Shown here in pieces: positions 34,395 to 47,152 of a stretch of DNA of 64,000 nucleotides. This stretch comes from Eledone cirrhosa (lineage: Eukaryota). The position numbers and the translations under genes were made by a program. The notes under the pieces were generated by a model. That model was not told the DNA's origin. It did not search any database and saw nothing but the letters and a program-made list of their open reading frames with translations. Position 1 is the first letter of the stretch. Every line of letters begins with the position of its first letter. Where the stretch lies: the NCBI GenBank assembly GCA_964016885.1, contig OZ024742.1, positions 268,336,001-268,400,000 on the forward strand, given 5' to 3'.

Positions 34395-37300
34395 TTTAAT
34401 ACAATAACAGAGAAAGCTTTAAGCTAAACCCTGACAGGCAATCATCTCACTCAACAAACATTAGGATATACGTTAGTATAATCCCAATTTTGTGTTTGGG
34501 GTGCTAACTATATGTATTTTGTGGAAAGCCAGTTGTATTATTTTATATGACATATAATTAAAATTAAAATATATCTCTCTTTCCAAACAATTGTTTCATT
34601 ATAAATTTTCCACAAGTTGGGAGAATGTTTCCAGTTTATGTAGAAGCCTAACATATTTTTCTGTAAGAATATATGTAGGTGGGCACTTATAAATCATCAG
34701 TGGATGCCCATTAAACTTTGATATAAGAAAAAATTTCTTACAGCACTTATTTTTCGTGTCCGCTAAGTCGTCCCTTCACGCATCAAATGACCGCCAAATT
34801 TGAAATTCCAGCAGTCTTTAGACTGAGGAAATATCATAGCGTCACGAAGCGGAAAAGGGAGGCAATCGCGAGTCACAAGAAAAGTAAAATAATATACACG
34901 TGGGTTAATTAGTTTTTTCAAAAACATTATCAATCCTGCGTGTTAATAACTCAATAAATCTTTTAAAAAATAAATGTATGCATGTATTAATTACACACGC
35001 ATATAGATATATTCTTAAGCTAAAAACAGAGAAGTGATACCTAAATAACAAACATATCTCATAACAGTAATAAATACAGAAAGTTACGTTTAAAAGGTAT
35101 CTGGAAATAAAATTCTTTGGCCAAATCAAGAGTAAAATATTTAATACAATAACAGAGAAAGCTTTAAGCTAAACTCTGACTGGTAACTATCTCACTCAAC
35201 AAACATTAGGATATATGTTAGTATAATCCAAATTGTGTGTTTTGGGTGCTAACTATATGTACTTTGTGGAAAGCCAGTTGTATTATTTTATATGAGATAT
35301 GAGATATAATTAAAATATATCTCTCTTTCCAAACAATTGTTTCATTATATGTTTTCTACAAGTTGGGAGAATGTTTCCAGTTTATGTAGAAGCCTTACAT
35401 ATTTTTATGTAAGAATATATGTAGGTGGGCACTTATAAATCATCAGTGGATGCCCATTAAACTTTGATATAAGAAAACATTTCTTACCGCAGTTATTTTT
35501 CGTGTCCGCTAAGTCGTCCCTTCACGCATCAAATGACCGCCAAATATGAAATTCCAGCAGTCTTTAGACTGAGGAAAGATCATAGCGTCACGAAGCGGAA
35601 AAGGGAGGCAATCGCGAGTCACAAGAAAAGTAAAATAATATACACGTGGGTTAATTAGTTTTTTCAAAAACATTATCAATCCTGCGTGTTAAGTACTCAA
35701 TAAATTTTAAAAAAATATATGTATGCATGTATTAATTACACACGCATATAGATATTTTCTTAAGCTAAAGACAGAGAAGTGATACCTAAATAACAAACAA
35801 TATCTCATAACAGTAATAAATACAGAAAGTTACGTTTAAAAGGTATCTGGAAATAAAATTCTCTGGCCAAATCAAGAGCAAAATATTTAATACAATAATA
35901 GAGAAAACTTTAAGCTAAACTCTGACCGGTAACCATCTCACTCAACAAACATTAGGATATACGTTAGTATAATCCCAGTTTTGTGTTTGGGGTGCTAACT
36001 ATATGTATTTTGTGGAAAGCCAGTTGTATTATTTTATATGAGATATAATTAAACTTAAAATATATCTCTCTTTCCAAACAATTATTTCATTATAAGTTTT
36101 CTACAGTTTATGTAGAAGCCTAACATGTTTTTCTGTAAGAATATATATAGGTGGGAACTTATAAATCATCAGTGGATGCCCATTAAACTTTGATATAAGA
36201 AAACATTTCTTACCGCAGTTATTTTTCGTGTCCGCTAAGTCGTCCCTTCACGCATCAAATGACCGCCAAATTTGAAATTCCAGCAGTCTTTAGACTGTGG
36301 AAATATCATAGCGTCACGAAGCAGAAAAGGGAGGCAATCGCGAGTCACAAGAAAAGTAAAATAATATACACGTGGGTTAATTAGTTTTTTCAAAAACATT
36401 ATCAATCCTGCGTGTTAATAACTCAATAAATCTTTTAAAAAATAAATGTATGCATGTATTAATTACACACGCATATAGATATATTCTTAAGCTAAAAACA
36501 GAGAAGTGATACCTAAATAACAAACATATCTCATAACAGTAATAAATACAGAAAGTTACGTTTAAAAGGTATCTGGAAATAAAATTCTTTGGCCAAATCA
36601 AGAGTAAAATATTTAATACAATAACAGAGAAAGCTTTAAGCTAAACTCTGACTGGTAACTATCTCACTCAACAAACATTAGGATATATGTTAGTATAATC
36701 CAAATTGTGTGTTTGGGGTGCTAACTATATGTACTTTGTGGAAAGCCAGTTGTATTATTTTATATGAGATATAATTAAAATTAAAATATATCTCTCTTTC
36801 CAAACAATTGTTTCATTATATGTTTTCTACAAGTTGGGAGAATGTTTCCAGTTTATGTAGAAGCCTTACATATTTTTATGTAAGAATATATGTAGGTGGG
36901 CACTTATAAATCATCAGTGGATGCCCATTAAACTTTGATATAAGAAAACATTTCTTACCGCAGTTATTTTTCGTGTCCGCTAAGTCGTCCCTTCACGCAT
37001 CAAATGACCGCCAAATTTGAAATTCCAGCAGTCTTTAGACTGAGGAAATATCATAGCGTCACGAAGCGGAAAAGGGAGGCAATCGTGAGTCACAAGAAAA
37101 GTAAAATAATATACACGTGGGTTAATTAGTTTTTTCAAAAACATTATCAATCCTGCGTGTTAAGTACTCAATACATTTTAAAAAAATATATGTATGCATG
37201 TATTAATTACACACGCATATAGATATTTTCTTAAGCTAAAAACAGAGAAGTGATACCTAAATAACAAACAATATCTCATAACAGTAATAAATACAGAAAG

Positions 37301-38706
37301 TTACGTTTAAAAGGTATCTGGAAATAAAATTCTCTGGCCAAATCAAGAGCAAAATATTTAATACAATAATAGAGAAAACTTTAAGCTAAACTCTGACCGG
37401 TAACCATCTCACTCAACAAACATTAGGATATACGTTAGTATAATCCCAGTTTTGTGTTTGGGGTGCTAACTATATGTATTTTGTGGAAAGCCAGTTGTAT
37501 TATTTTATATGAGATATAATTAAACTTAAAATATATCTCTCTTTCCAAACAATTATTTCATTATAAGTTTTCTACAGTTTATGTAGAAGCCTAACATGTT
37601 TTTCTGTAAGAATATATATAGGTGGGAACTTATAAATCATCAGTGGATGCCCATTAAACTTTGATATAAGAAAACATTTCTTACCGCAGTTATTTTTCGT
37701 GTCCGCTAAGTCGTCCCTTCACGCATCAAATGACCGCCAAATTTGAAATTCCAGCAGTCTTTAGACTGTGGAAATATCATAGCGTCACGAAGCAGAAAAG
37801 GGAGGCAATCGCGAGTCACAAGAAAAGTAAAATAATATACACGTGGGTTAATTAGTTTTTTCAAAAACATTATCAATCCTCCGTGTTAAGAACTCAATTA
37901 ATTTTGTGTTTGGGGTGCGAACTATATGTACTTTGTGGAAAGGCAGTTGTATTATTTTATATGAGATATAATTAAAATTAAAATATATCTCTCTTTCCAA
38001 ACAATTGTTTCATTATAAGTTTTCTACAGTTTATGTAGAAGCCTCACATATTTTTCTGTAAGAATATATGTAGGTGGGCACTTATAAATCATCAGTGGAT
38101 GCCCATTAAACTTTGATATAAGAAAACATTTCTTACCGCAGTTATTTTTCGTGTCCGCTAAGTCGTCCCTTCACGCATCAAATGACCGCCAAATTTGAAA
38201 TTCCAGCAGTCTTTAGACTGAGGAAATATCATAGCGTCACGAAGCGGAAAAGGGAGGCAATCGCGAGTCACAAGAAAAGTAAAATAATATACACGTGGGT
38301 TAATTAGTTTTTTCAAAAACATTATCAATCCTGCGTGTTAAGAAGTCAATTAATTTTCTGTTTGGGGTGCTAACTATATGTACTTTGTGGAAAGCCAGTT
38401 GTATTATTTTATATGAGATATAATTAAAATTAAAATATATCTCTCTTTCCAAACAATTGTTTCATTATAAGTTTTCTACAGTTTATGTAGAAGCCTCAAT
38501 AATTTTATATGAGATATAATTAAAACTAAAATATATCTCTCTTGCCAAACAATTGTTTCATTATAAGTTTTCTACAAGTTGGGAGAATGTTTCCAGTTTA
38601 TGTAGAAGCCTGACATATTTTTCTGTAAGAATATATGTAGGTGGGCACTTATAAATCATCAGTGGATGCCCATTAAACTTTGATATAAGAAAACATTTCT
38701 TACCGC
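34394..38706 (-). repeat. Tandem array of ~745-bp non-coding monomers, each complete one with a hammerhead (retrozyme-like)
   Basis: Monomers start at 34394, 35139, 35885, 36611 and 37356, followed by deleted copies at ~37900, ~38350 and ~38500. Alternating variants give a ~1472-bp higher-order period. Confidence 0.93.
34582..34704 (-). ncRNA. Type-I hammerhead with branched stem II (array copy 1; others at 35328-35450, 36073-36176, 36799-36921, 37544-37647, 37996-38099, 38544-38666)
   Basis: Minus-strand consensus (copy 6) is tcca-CTGATGA-tttataagt...acttataat-GAAA-caattg-TT-tgga. Confidence 0.75.
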
Positions 38707-38781
38707 AGAATCGTAAAAGCACATATCGTTATATGCTTTTTCATAGAAAAAGCATATAACGATATGTGCTTTTACGATTCT
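38707..38781. repeat. Perfect hairpin (36-bp arms, 3-nt loop) at the end of the array
   Basis: agaatcgtaaaagcacatatcgttatatgctttttc-ata-gaaaaagcatataacgatatgtgcttttacgattct. Confidence 0.95.
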
Positions 38782-38804
38782 CTAGAAAGGTCGGAATATA
38801 AGTA

Positions 38805-38849
38805 AATATTGCTGATGAGATGTAACAACATCGAAACTAGTCCAATATT
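38805..38849 (+). ncRNA. Canonical minimal type-I hammerhead ribozyme
   Basis: aatattg-CTGATGA-gatgt aaca acatc-GAAA-ctag-TC-caatatt. Stem I is 7 bp, stem II 5 bp, stem III is the palindrome ACTAGT and the site is GUC. Confidence 0.9.
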
Positions 38850-39070
38850 CCTTGTCTGGCTTTCTGGAGAATAGAGGAAAGGTGTTTCCTCGAAAACCAG
38901 TATGACTCTAAAAACCGGTTTGTCTGTGTGTCTACATACAGAATAGCTGGACACTCACAGTAAAGTGTCCAGTGAAAAACTCGGTACATCTACATATGTA
39001 CACGTGTATGTATTCATATGCATACTAGTATTTCAGTATACATATGTGGATGTACATTTTTAACTTAATT

Positions 39071-39128
<58 letters not shown>

Positions 39129-39321
39129 ATACACATTTAGAAATTATGTAGAAACATGTGCTTACGCCGTAATTGACTAATAGAATGTGTCTGTTAGTCG
39201 AAATAAAAAAAAAAACCCTCTTACAGACTAATTCTGGTCAGTCAAACACGGCGTAAACCCATGCTACTAATGAATTTTCAAATTCCGTAGCCGTTTGTAA
39301 ACAAAGCCTGTTTGTGCCTCC

Positions 39322-39380
<59 letters not shown>

Positions 39381-40501
39381 CGTGTGTGTGTGTGTGTTTG
39401 TATGTGCATCATGGTTATTGAAATTTAATGTACGTTTATAAAGCTGCAATTCATCTTAAAGCGGTGAACAATGAATGATGAATATATTCATCCATCAGAT
39501 ATATTCATCATTCCTATAGTAGAATAAATTTGATCCGCGTATTGCTGCCGTGTGCTGCATAATTTAATGTTATGTCACAGAATGAATCATGATTCCAAAT
39601 TTATTCTTATATTCGTTCTTGTTTTACATTATATAAAATGGTAAAATAACTTCATCCATCTTAAAGGTTTTTCTATGTATATTGACTCATTATTAATGAA
39701 TTAAAAAACATTTAAAATAAAAATATCATTTCTTAGAGAAGTTTGTAACGTTGACTTATATTTCATAAAATAATTTCTGTAGAAATATCTATCGTGATTT
39801 TTGTCGCTTGGGATAATATTGTTTACTGTATTCCTGATATAGTGTCAGAGTTTCGAAACAATTACATTTTCTAAATTATCATTGGTTTCCGTTACCCCTT
39901 TAATTGTCTTTAATATTTAATATTATAAATATTTTGCCAACATACCAACTTAAGCAAGCCGTTGCTCATATTTTCTAGCAAAAAATATTTAAAACATAAA
40001 CATTATTTGCTTTCCTTGTGGGATGGGAATCTTACGTATTTCTGATTGGTAGGGCATATATATGGATGTAGAGAGATACGTGGTCTCCTGAAACGTACTT
40101 CCTTAAGAATAGGGAATGAGCAAATTACTGTTATTTAATACCGTAATGACCAGGCCAGTCGTATTGGCATTATTTACAATTTTTAACAATGGTGTTGCTT
40201 ATTTTGATGTGTTGTATTTTGTTTTTTATCAAATAGATGTAATTAATTTAGACAGACACATCATCAGGTAGGAAGAGAAAGAAACATTTTTGTTTGTGGG
40301 GGGGGGGGGGGGTTCTGATCAAATATCCATATATATATCATTACTTGCAATTACTCTGAATATATAATTTCCTTTACTTATACATGGTCTCTTTTGGTAA
40401 CAACAGTCGACTGTTGTGGTGGCTGAGTGATTTAATAAGAATTAAATCATATACAGTTTAATACAACAACGTGTATCCTGTGTTTTCACAACAAACGATA
40501 A

Positions 40502-40680
40502 TTGTTTCTACTTTGGCACAAGGCCAGCAATAAACCAGTAGATTACTGGTACTTTATTTTATCAACCCCGTAAGGATGAAAGGCAAAGTTAACTTCGGCG
40601 GGATTGGAACTTAGACCGTAAAGGACCATAACTCTATGCTGCAAAGCATGGTGTCCGCTTCTCTACCGATACTGCCAACC
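40502..40680 (-). mobile_element. tRNA-derived SINE (further copies at 45137-45323, 46172-46308, 48913-49101, diverged 50620-50790)
   Basis: Same family sequence as 29371-29558. Confidence 0.88.
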
Positions 40681-42746
40681 CAGTGACATGCAGAGGGTTC
40701 ACCTAAAATTGAATTATTTTTATTTATAACATGATGGAACCGAAATATTACAATGTGATATGTGTTATATTTAATCATCTATGATTCCAGCGAAGTGTAA
40801 CTAGATAGTAATAGTTGCTTAATGTCCACCATTGGAAACTCGGGGTTTTTGCGCAGATACATCTCATCTCCGTAGATTGTGCGACCGATTTGAATATGTT
40901 AATGGTGATTCAGAGAAGGTAGAACAGAGCCCAATGGAATCTTTTTATGGGATTACAAGGCTGTTGCGGGGATAAATCGACATTAATATTCAAATTCAAA
41001 TGCTGGAGCACAGAGGACGCTGATGAACCTAATCATATACCAGGTGGCTGCATTGTTCTACGGGCTGATTTAGTAAACCTATTACACAAGAACAGGAACA
41101 ATCTCTATGACAGGCTTCCTAAATTTAAATGCCACAGCCTTCGATAATCTCAGTAATTCATTTGCAGTTTATGTACCATACATAGACTTAAATTTGGAGG
41201 TAAAATGGGAAGTTGATATTTTAGAAAATGTCTACAAAGAGATACTGAACATCTATAGATAAATACATTAATCTTTCTTATTTAAAAGTGAGCATTCTAA
41301 CCAAGGCTCCTTATCTAAAACTTTCACATCTCTGACATCGTTGTATTGGATGAACTAATGAGGAATTTCATATCTAAAAGGAATAGTTATCATAGTTGTG
41401 ACACATACGAAATAATAACCTTCTGTGCGCTGCGGTTGAATATATTTGAATTAGATATATTATTGGATACCTGAAATAGACATAACGATCGGCCTCGACT
41501 GATTCTACCTGTATCCTTATGTCTTCCCAGGAGAAGATCTTTGGGTGTATGGCACCCAATCACTTCAAAATTGTAATACTATAGCTATATGTAAAACCAT
41601 TTAGTCGGATTGTTGCTATGATTTGTTCCTTCCATAAAATGCCTAACATTATTTTTTCTGTGTTTTTACTCCTTGAAATCAAATCCACTGAATTCAAAGT
41701 TGGTGTTTCTCATTATCGGATGATAAAATATTCTACGTGTTAAGTAACTGAGATCTACATAATTGAATGTTTTCTTTACCACATGTTGGTGTATTTTAAC
41801 AGAATGCGCAGGTAAACTACTTAACTAGTTAATGGCTTGAATTTTCTATTATGTGTTCAAGTTTCACCTTGTTGTATTTGACATCCATTGTTTTCATGAT
41901 GATAAAATAGTTAGCATTAACATACGTTAATACATTAAGGCAACAATGCCTTGTTTCTATACATGTCTGGTATTATGTAAATGTAAGAATACATTGTATA
42001 TATTTTTAATCATTATACTTTAATGGGTCTTATTAGGGAACACTGCTAACAATAGGATCTGAGAAGATTTATGGGCTTGGTTGGTCTAAAATATATATTA
42101 CAATATAGTTGTGTTTCAGTGGAAAGCAATTTGTTGTAGTTTAGATTGTGTTGTTTAAATGTTAACTACATCTTTTAATGTTTCTATTGCGTGGGCAAAA
42201 TATGTTTGCATGTGCATACACTTTTCTACAGAAAACATACATAGTTATTATTTTATCTATAGATTTCCCTCATACATTAATGCTCCCAATTCACAGAGTT
42301 CCCTCTAATAACATAGAGGTGAAGCGTATATTTTTCTTTTAAATAAACTAATATAATTTTCTGTTTATCTTACGTTGCCAACAAAGCCGTTATATTTGAA
42401 TTCGTTTATATGAAACTAAGACAAAAATCTATGTTTCGTTAGCAATATCTAACTATTGAATTTCTTTGTCAGTTTAATATTTCATATTGACGTATACATT
42501 CTCAACATAAACTACAATCCGTTCGTGGAAAAATATGTTAACTGGTAATTATGTATTTACGACAAATTCTTGGCGTTTTATGTAAGGTAATATATACAAA
42601 TTATATAAATTATTACAAAATATTTAAAAATGACGCAGGTGCTTCTCTTAAACGCTGAGTAAAAGGATATGGTGATGTCGATCTAGAAATTATTAGAAAG
42701 AGCCCTACTCTAGAATGTGGTAACTGCATGCTATATAACATATTTA

Positions 42747-43256
42747 CGAGGGGCATCAAGAAGTTCGCGGAAAAGGACAGTTAGAGAAGACGGTTTAAAT
42801 ACTGATCTTGATTTTCAACATATGATCCATCTAGGTCAATACGCTTCTGCAATCTTTGATACCAGACTTTAAGTCCATCTGTGTAAAGCTGAGGGTCATG
42901 CAATTTAAACCGCATCAAAGCAGTTTTTATTTACATCTTCAACTGGGGATCTCTTCAACCTCATCTCTTTCATATATAGAACGACTCATCCATTGGTAGG
43001 TTGTTGATTTCTTTGGGGCATTGTCCCCCTAAACTTGCTCCAGGGCGTCAATGATATGGCTGTACTTCAACCCGAGCTTAACCATGAATTTGATGTTTTG
43101 AAGAAGGCCATGCTGTTTGAGCGCGTGTTGAATTCCTATTGCATTTAGGTATTTATGTTAAGACACGTTAGTACGAAAAAGTACAGGCGCATTGAGATTA
43201 AAATCCCTACATATATATTTGTTATCTACTTTTTCCACGAATTGTTAATGCCTCCT

Positions 43257-43258
<2 letters not shown>
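42747..43258 (-). mobile_element. Internally deleted mariner-type transposon
   Basis: ta-CGAGGGGCATCAAGAAGTTCGCGGAAAA and inverted ttttccacgaattgttaatgcctcctcg. The minus strand encodes a mariner-like C-terminus (YTDGLKVWYQRLQKRIDLDGSYVE). Confidence 0.75.
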
Positions 43259-43309
<51 letters not shown>

Positions 43310-43315
<6 letters not shown>

Positions 43316-43990
43316 CGTTTCTGAATTTGTTTAGCAAGATTCTTTATCTGAAATCGTGTGTTGAAACCGATATTTTTATACTTTGGGAGGGTCATGTTGC
43401 CAATAAGAAACACACACACCAGTGAGTTCACTTCAATTTATTATAATAAATTTATAAATTTAGGAATTTATAAATTTCTGGTTGGTTGGTTGGTTCCACA
43501 ACCAGATAGTTGTTTATATATTGTCAAAGATCTTTCGTCACACATTCTGTGACCTATTCAGTGACTGGGGATTCTTTTCTTTGTTTTTGTGCCTCTCCTT
43601 TGTTCTGTCCTACGCCATTTTGTTTCTGTGTGTGTGTTGTGTGCTCAGTCTGCTCATGCGCCACATCCGGGTGTCTGTGTGTGTTTATATTCGTTTATTT
43701 ATTTGTTTATTTACATGTTACCGGTTGGTTGTTTGTTCTATGTGTGTGTGTGTTTTCATTTTGTCCTTAATTGTAAGTTGTGATGTTGCTGTTCCACTCA
43801 TATTTTCTATTTGATTTTGGTTGTAATTTTTTTATGTTTATTGCCTCTGTGATTTGTCTAAACATTGCGTCTTTTCTGTGTGTAGATTCTATTTTTATTT
43901 CTATGTTCTCTAATTTACCCTTATGCTCTATTTTAGCATGTTGGTAGAGTACAGATGATTCTTTACTATCTTGAAGGTCTCGCCAGTGTT
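43310..43990 (-). mobile_element. PLE 3' fragment (GIY-YIG C-terminus plus tail with decayed HHR at 43523-43565)
   Basis: EHWRDL...[11 protein letters not shown]...RQITEAINIKKLQPKSNRKYEW. HHR-like gtca-CTGAATAG-gtcaca..tgtgac-GAAA-gatc-TT-tgac. Confidence 0.8.
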
Positions 43991-43991
43991 C

Positions 43992-44075
<84 letters not shown>

Positions 44076-44123
44076 GTATATATATATACGAGGAGGCATT
44101 TAAAATTCGTGGAGAAAGTATAT

Positions 44124-44181
<58 letters not shown>

Positions 44182-44241
44182 CATCTATATATATATTTAC
44201 ATACAGACACAAATATATATAATATTTATACTTACACAAAG

Positions 44242-44306
<65 letters not shown>

Positions 44307-44329
44307 CATATATATAAAATTGTATTAAT

Positions 44330-45060
44330 ACGGGTAATATTAATATTATCCAATTACCAGTATGAGAGTAGCTTGATGTAAAATAATAAATATAATACAG
44401 ACCCTAAATAATTATAAATAACAATCAAATAGTGTTTAATGACATTGAATTACTAACGATCGTTTCAGTCAAGCACAAGGCCGGTAACATCGGAGTATAA
44501 TTCAAATGTTAGAATACAAATAACTTTGTCAAAGAACAATCCTGCGATACCATATATGGGAAGAAAGCTAAAATAATAGATGTTAACATAGAGTTATGAG
44601 AGGAAAGCAAGAAGCCCTTGAAAACATGATCATATAAATATGATTAAGAATCATATTGCTTTAATGATAAGGTTATCTAGAATCGGTAGTCGCTTTTTTA
44701 TTACATTCCTCGATAAATTGTTTTGCTTCGTGAAGCCTGTTTATCATGGAATTGAATGTTTGCAGGTCTTCTTGGCTTCTATTCCAGTTGTGATTAATCT
44801 AGTTGGCGAAGTTGTGATTGAATGTTTCCTGGAGCTGGCAATAGGATTTTGCTTCTAGGTGACCCATAACGTGTGTTGCATATGTTAGGGCCAATTTGGT
44901 GTCCGTGGCCGTTTCTTTTATTTGTAAATACAGCTCGTTACTTTCTGATGATTTCCTCCGAATGAATTAGTTCTAGTCCTGTATAAGCCATTTCTATATA
45001 AATTATTCATACTCGCTATGTCTTGAGTAAATTACTCACTGTGGTTACCCCGATTGAACC
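44330..45060 (-). mobile_element. Deleted PLE (RT motif remnant plus tail with CCGA-type HHR remnant at 44441-44510)
   Basis: Frameshifted YLQIK.TA..TKLA.TYA..VMGHLE at ~44850-44930. Tail has tact-CCGATGT...GAAA-cgatcg-TT-agta. Confidence 0.65.
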
Positions 45061-45066
45061 CGGGAT

Positions 45067-45124
<58 letters not shown>

Positions 45125-45657
45125 GTATATATATAATTGTTTCTACTTTTGGCACAAGGCCATCAATTACCCAGTACATTACTGGTACTTTATTTTATCG
45201 ACCCCGTAAGGATGAAAGGCAAAGTTAACCTCGGCCGGATTTGAACTCAGACCGCAAAGGGACGTAACTATGCTGGAAAGCATGGCGTCCGACTCTCTAC
45301 CGATGCTGCCAATCCACCGCCCTTATATATATATATAATGAATGAGAGAGAGAGAATGAAAGAAAGAGAGAAAGAGAAAGTGTGAGAGGTATTAGTTTGT
45401 CCATTCATGAACTTTAAATTTGAATAAATTTAAAATTCGTAACCTGCTCAGCCATTAATAGATTGTTTATACAATTTGTTGACGGGTGGTGAAGCTGAAA
45501 TAATCATCGGCTTCGGTTTGTTGTAATTGCAACACAGCTGAACGAAAGATGGATGGTGTGGCTTCAGGCCTCAAGGTCGGCGCTGCACACTGTTTTACCA
45601 AATTCAGTCTCGTTAGTCTGTATTCCATTATCACAAGTATATATATATATATATAGA

Positions 45658-45727
<70 letters not shown>

Positions 45728-45756
45728 AAAGAATAGAGGTGTAACACACAAGTTAT

Positions 45757-46158
45757 TATATATTGGTAAACGGAATAGAAAATGCTGACAAATTGTTCAC
45801 AGTTGAAAAATGGTTTAATTAGGAATAAAAGAGTATTAGTGATTGTATGGGTTAGTATTCAGTTGTGGTTTTAAGTTTTTAAGTTTTTAAGTTTTTACCG
45901 GTTGCGCATTTCTAAATGCTTTTCAAAAATAATTTTGAGATAAAGTGTCCGTGCTGTTTGCTCTGATCAGCACGGACACTCTATCTCAAAATTATTTTTG
46001 AAAAGCATTTAGAAATGCGCAACCGGTAAAAACTTAAAATCTTAAAACCACGACTGAATACTAACCCATACAATCACTAATACTCTTTTATTCCTAATTA
46101 AACCATTTTTCAACTGTGAACAATTTGTCAGCATTTTCTATTCCGTTTACCAATATAT
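45757..46158. repeat. Fold-back palindrome (~195-bp arms) of the 3' end of the PLE family at 58030-60255
   Basis: 45757-45956 pairs with 45968-46158. The left arm aligns with 58070-58275. It contains TTGAAAA-gcattt ag aaatgc-GCAA-ccgg-TA. Confidence 0.92.
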
Positions 46159-46399
46159 ATATATATATATATTGCTGGCACAAGGCCAGCAATTACTCAG
46201 TGCGTTACTGGTACTTTATTTTTTCGACCCCGTAAGGATGAAAGGCAAAGTTAACCTTGATGGGATTTGAACTCAGACCGTAAAGGGACGTAACTATGCT
46301 AGAAACCATGTATGTATATATAATAATAGTAGTTAACAAAAGATTAATTCACCATAATTTTTTATTGCATGATATATATTTCTATTACATTGTTATTCT

Positions 46400-47050
46400 T
46401 GTGACTTCATCGGATACTTACGCAATCATAGGTGCAATTACGCATTCATTGGGATATGCCGCTGGCCTTATTCAACTATCCCGCAGTTCATATCTGGATG
46501 CGCTTCAAGATTTGGATGCTGGTGCTAGTTGTTCAAGTGGTTATGACTCAAGATTCAAGGATTGATGAAACCAATTTTAAACTTTTACCTTCTTATTATG
46601 TGTTTGGTTTAAACAGTCTATCGTTTTTTTATGAAATAATTTTTGAGGGTACCTAACAGCTTTCATGTTCTAATACTCCGAACTTATATACCAGGGAATC
46701 GAGTAAGACACATTGTGCTATGTGTGCAGGTGCATAGCACATTTTTGATAATTCATTTATTGCATGTAGAGTGTTCTAATGTACATAGTTTCCACTTGAG
46801 TTTTCTAAGACATATTTCCGAGTTCATTGTAATAAGGAGAGTAATAGGATACAATTCCATATGTTACATACTAGCTGATGCACATTTCATCCAATATCAG
46901 AAATACCCAGAATATCCAGACCATTCATAACATTTCTGCATTCTGACTAGAGTTCTTCTCTCTTTACAATCAGTTAGAAGCTTCATCCTAGGTAAACTCC
47001 ATCATATCATGGATATTCTGCAAATCGTTCATAATTTGGACACATATTTC
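46400..47050 (-). mobile_element. Highly decayed LINE (RTE-like APE) fragment
   Basis: GLDILGISD on the minus strand at ~46900. Other motifs are weak. Confidence 0.4.
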
Positions 47051-47152
47051 ATTGTGTCAGGTAGCCGAATCTAAATTACTATGATCCAAACATGTAACCT
47101 TAAAATGTTGACAATAAAAATGAATCTGAGTTCATTGAAATTATATATATAA

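Noticed and set aside
34905-36601. Identical 74-aa ORFs in the tandem array
   Set aside because: They start at TTG, are disrupted in the alternate monomers and show no domain similarity. Their identity reflects the repeat.
34394-38706. CRISPR-like or rDNA-like array
   Set aside because: There are no short repeats with unique spacers and no recognisable rRNA or snRNA sequence.
39162-39256. Imperfect inverted repeat
   Set aside because: Short and heavily mismatched with no diagnostic motif, so it cannot be assigned to the fold-back class.
41020-41050. CTGATGA as a hammerhead core (also ~44945)
   Set aside because: No downstream stem II-GAAA-NUH-stem I arrangement was found.
40870-42400. Possible host exons or viral ORFs
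   Set aside because: Short ORFs with no recognisable motif or supportable splice pattern. The same applies to 23000-23860, 29600-30250 and 49800-50250. They cannot be excluded without a homology search.
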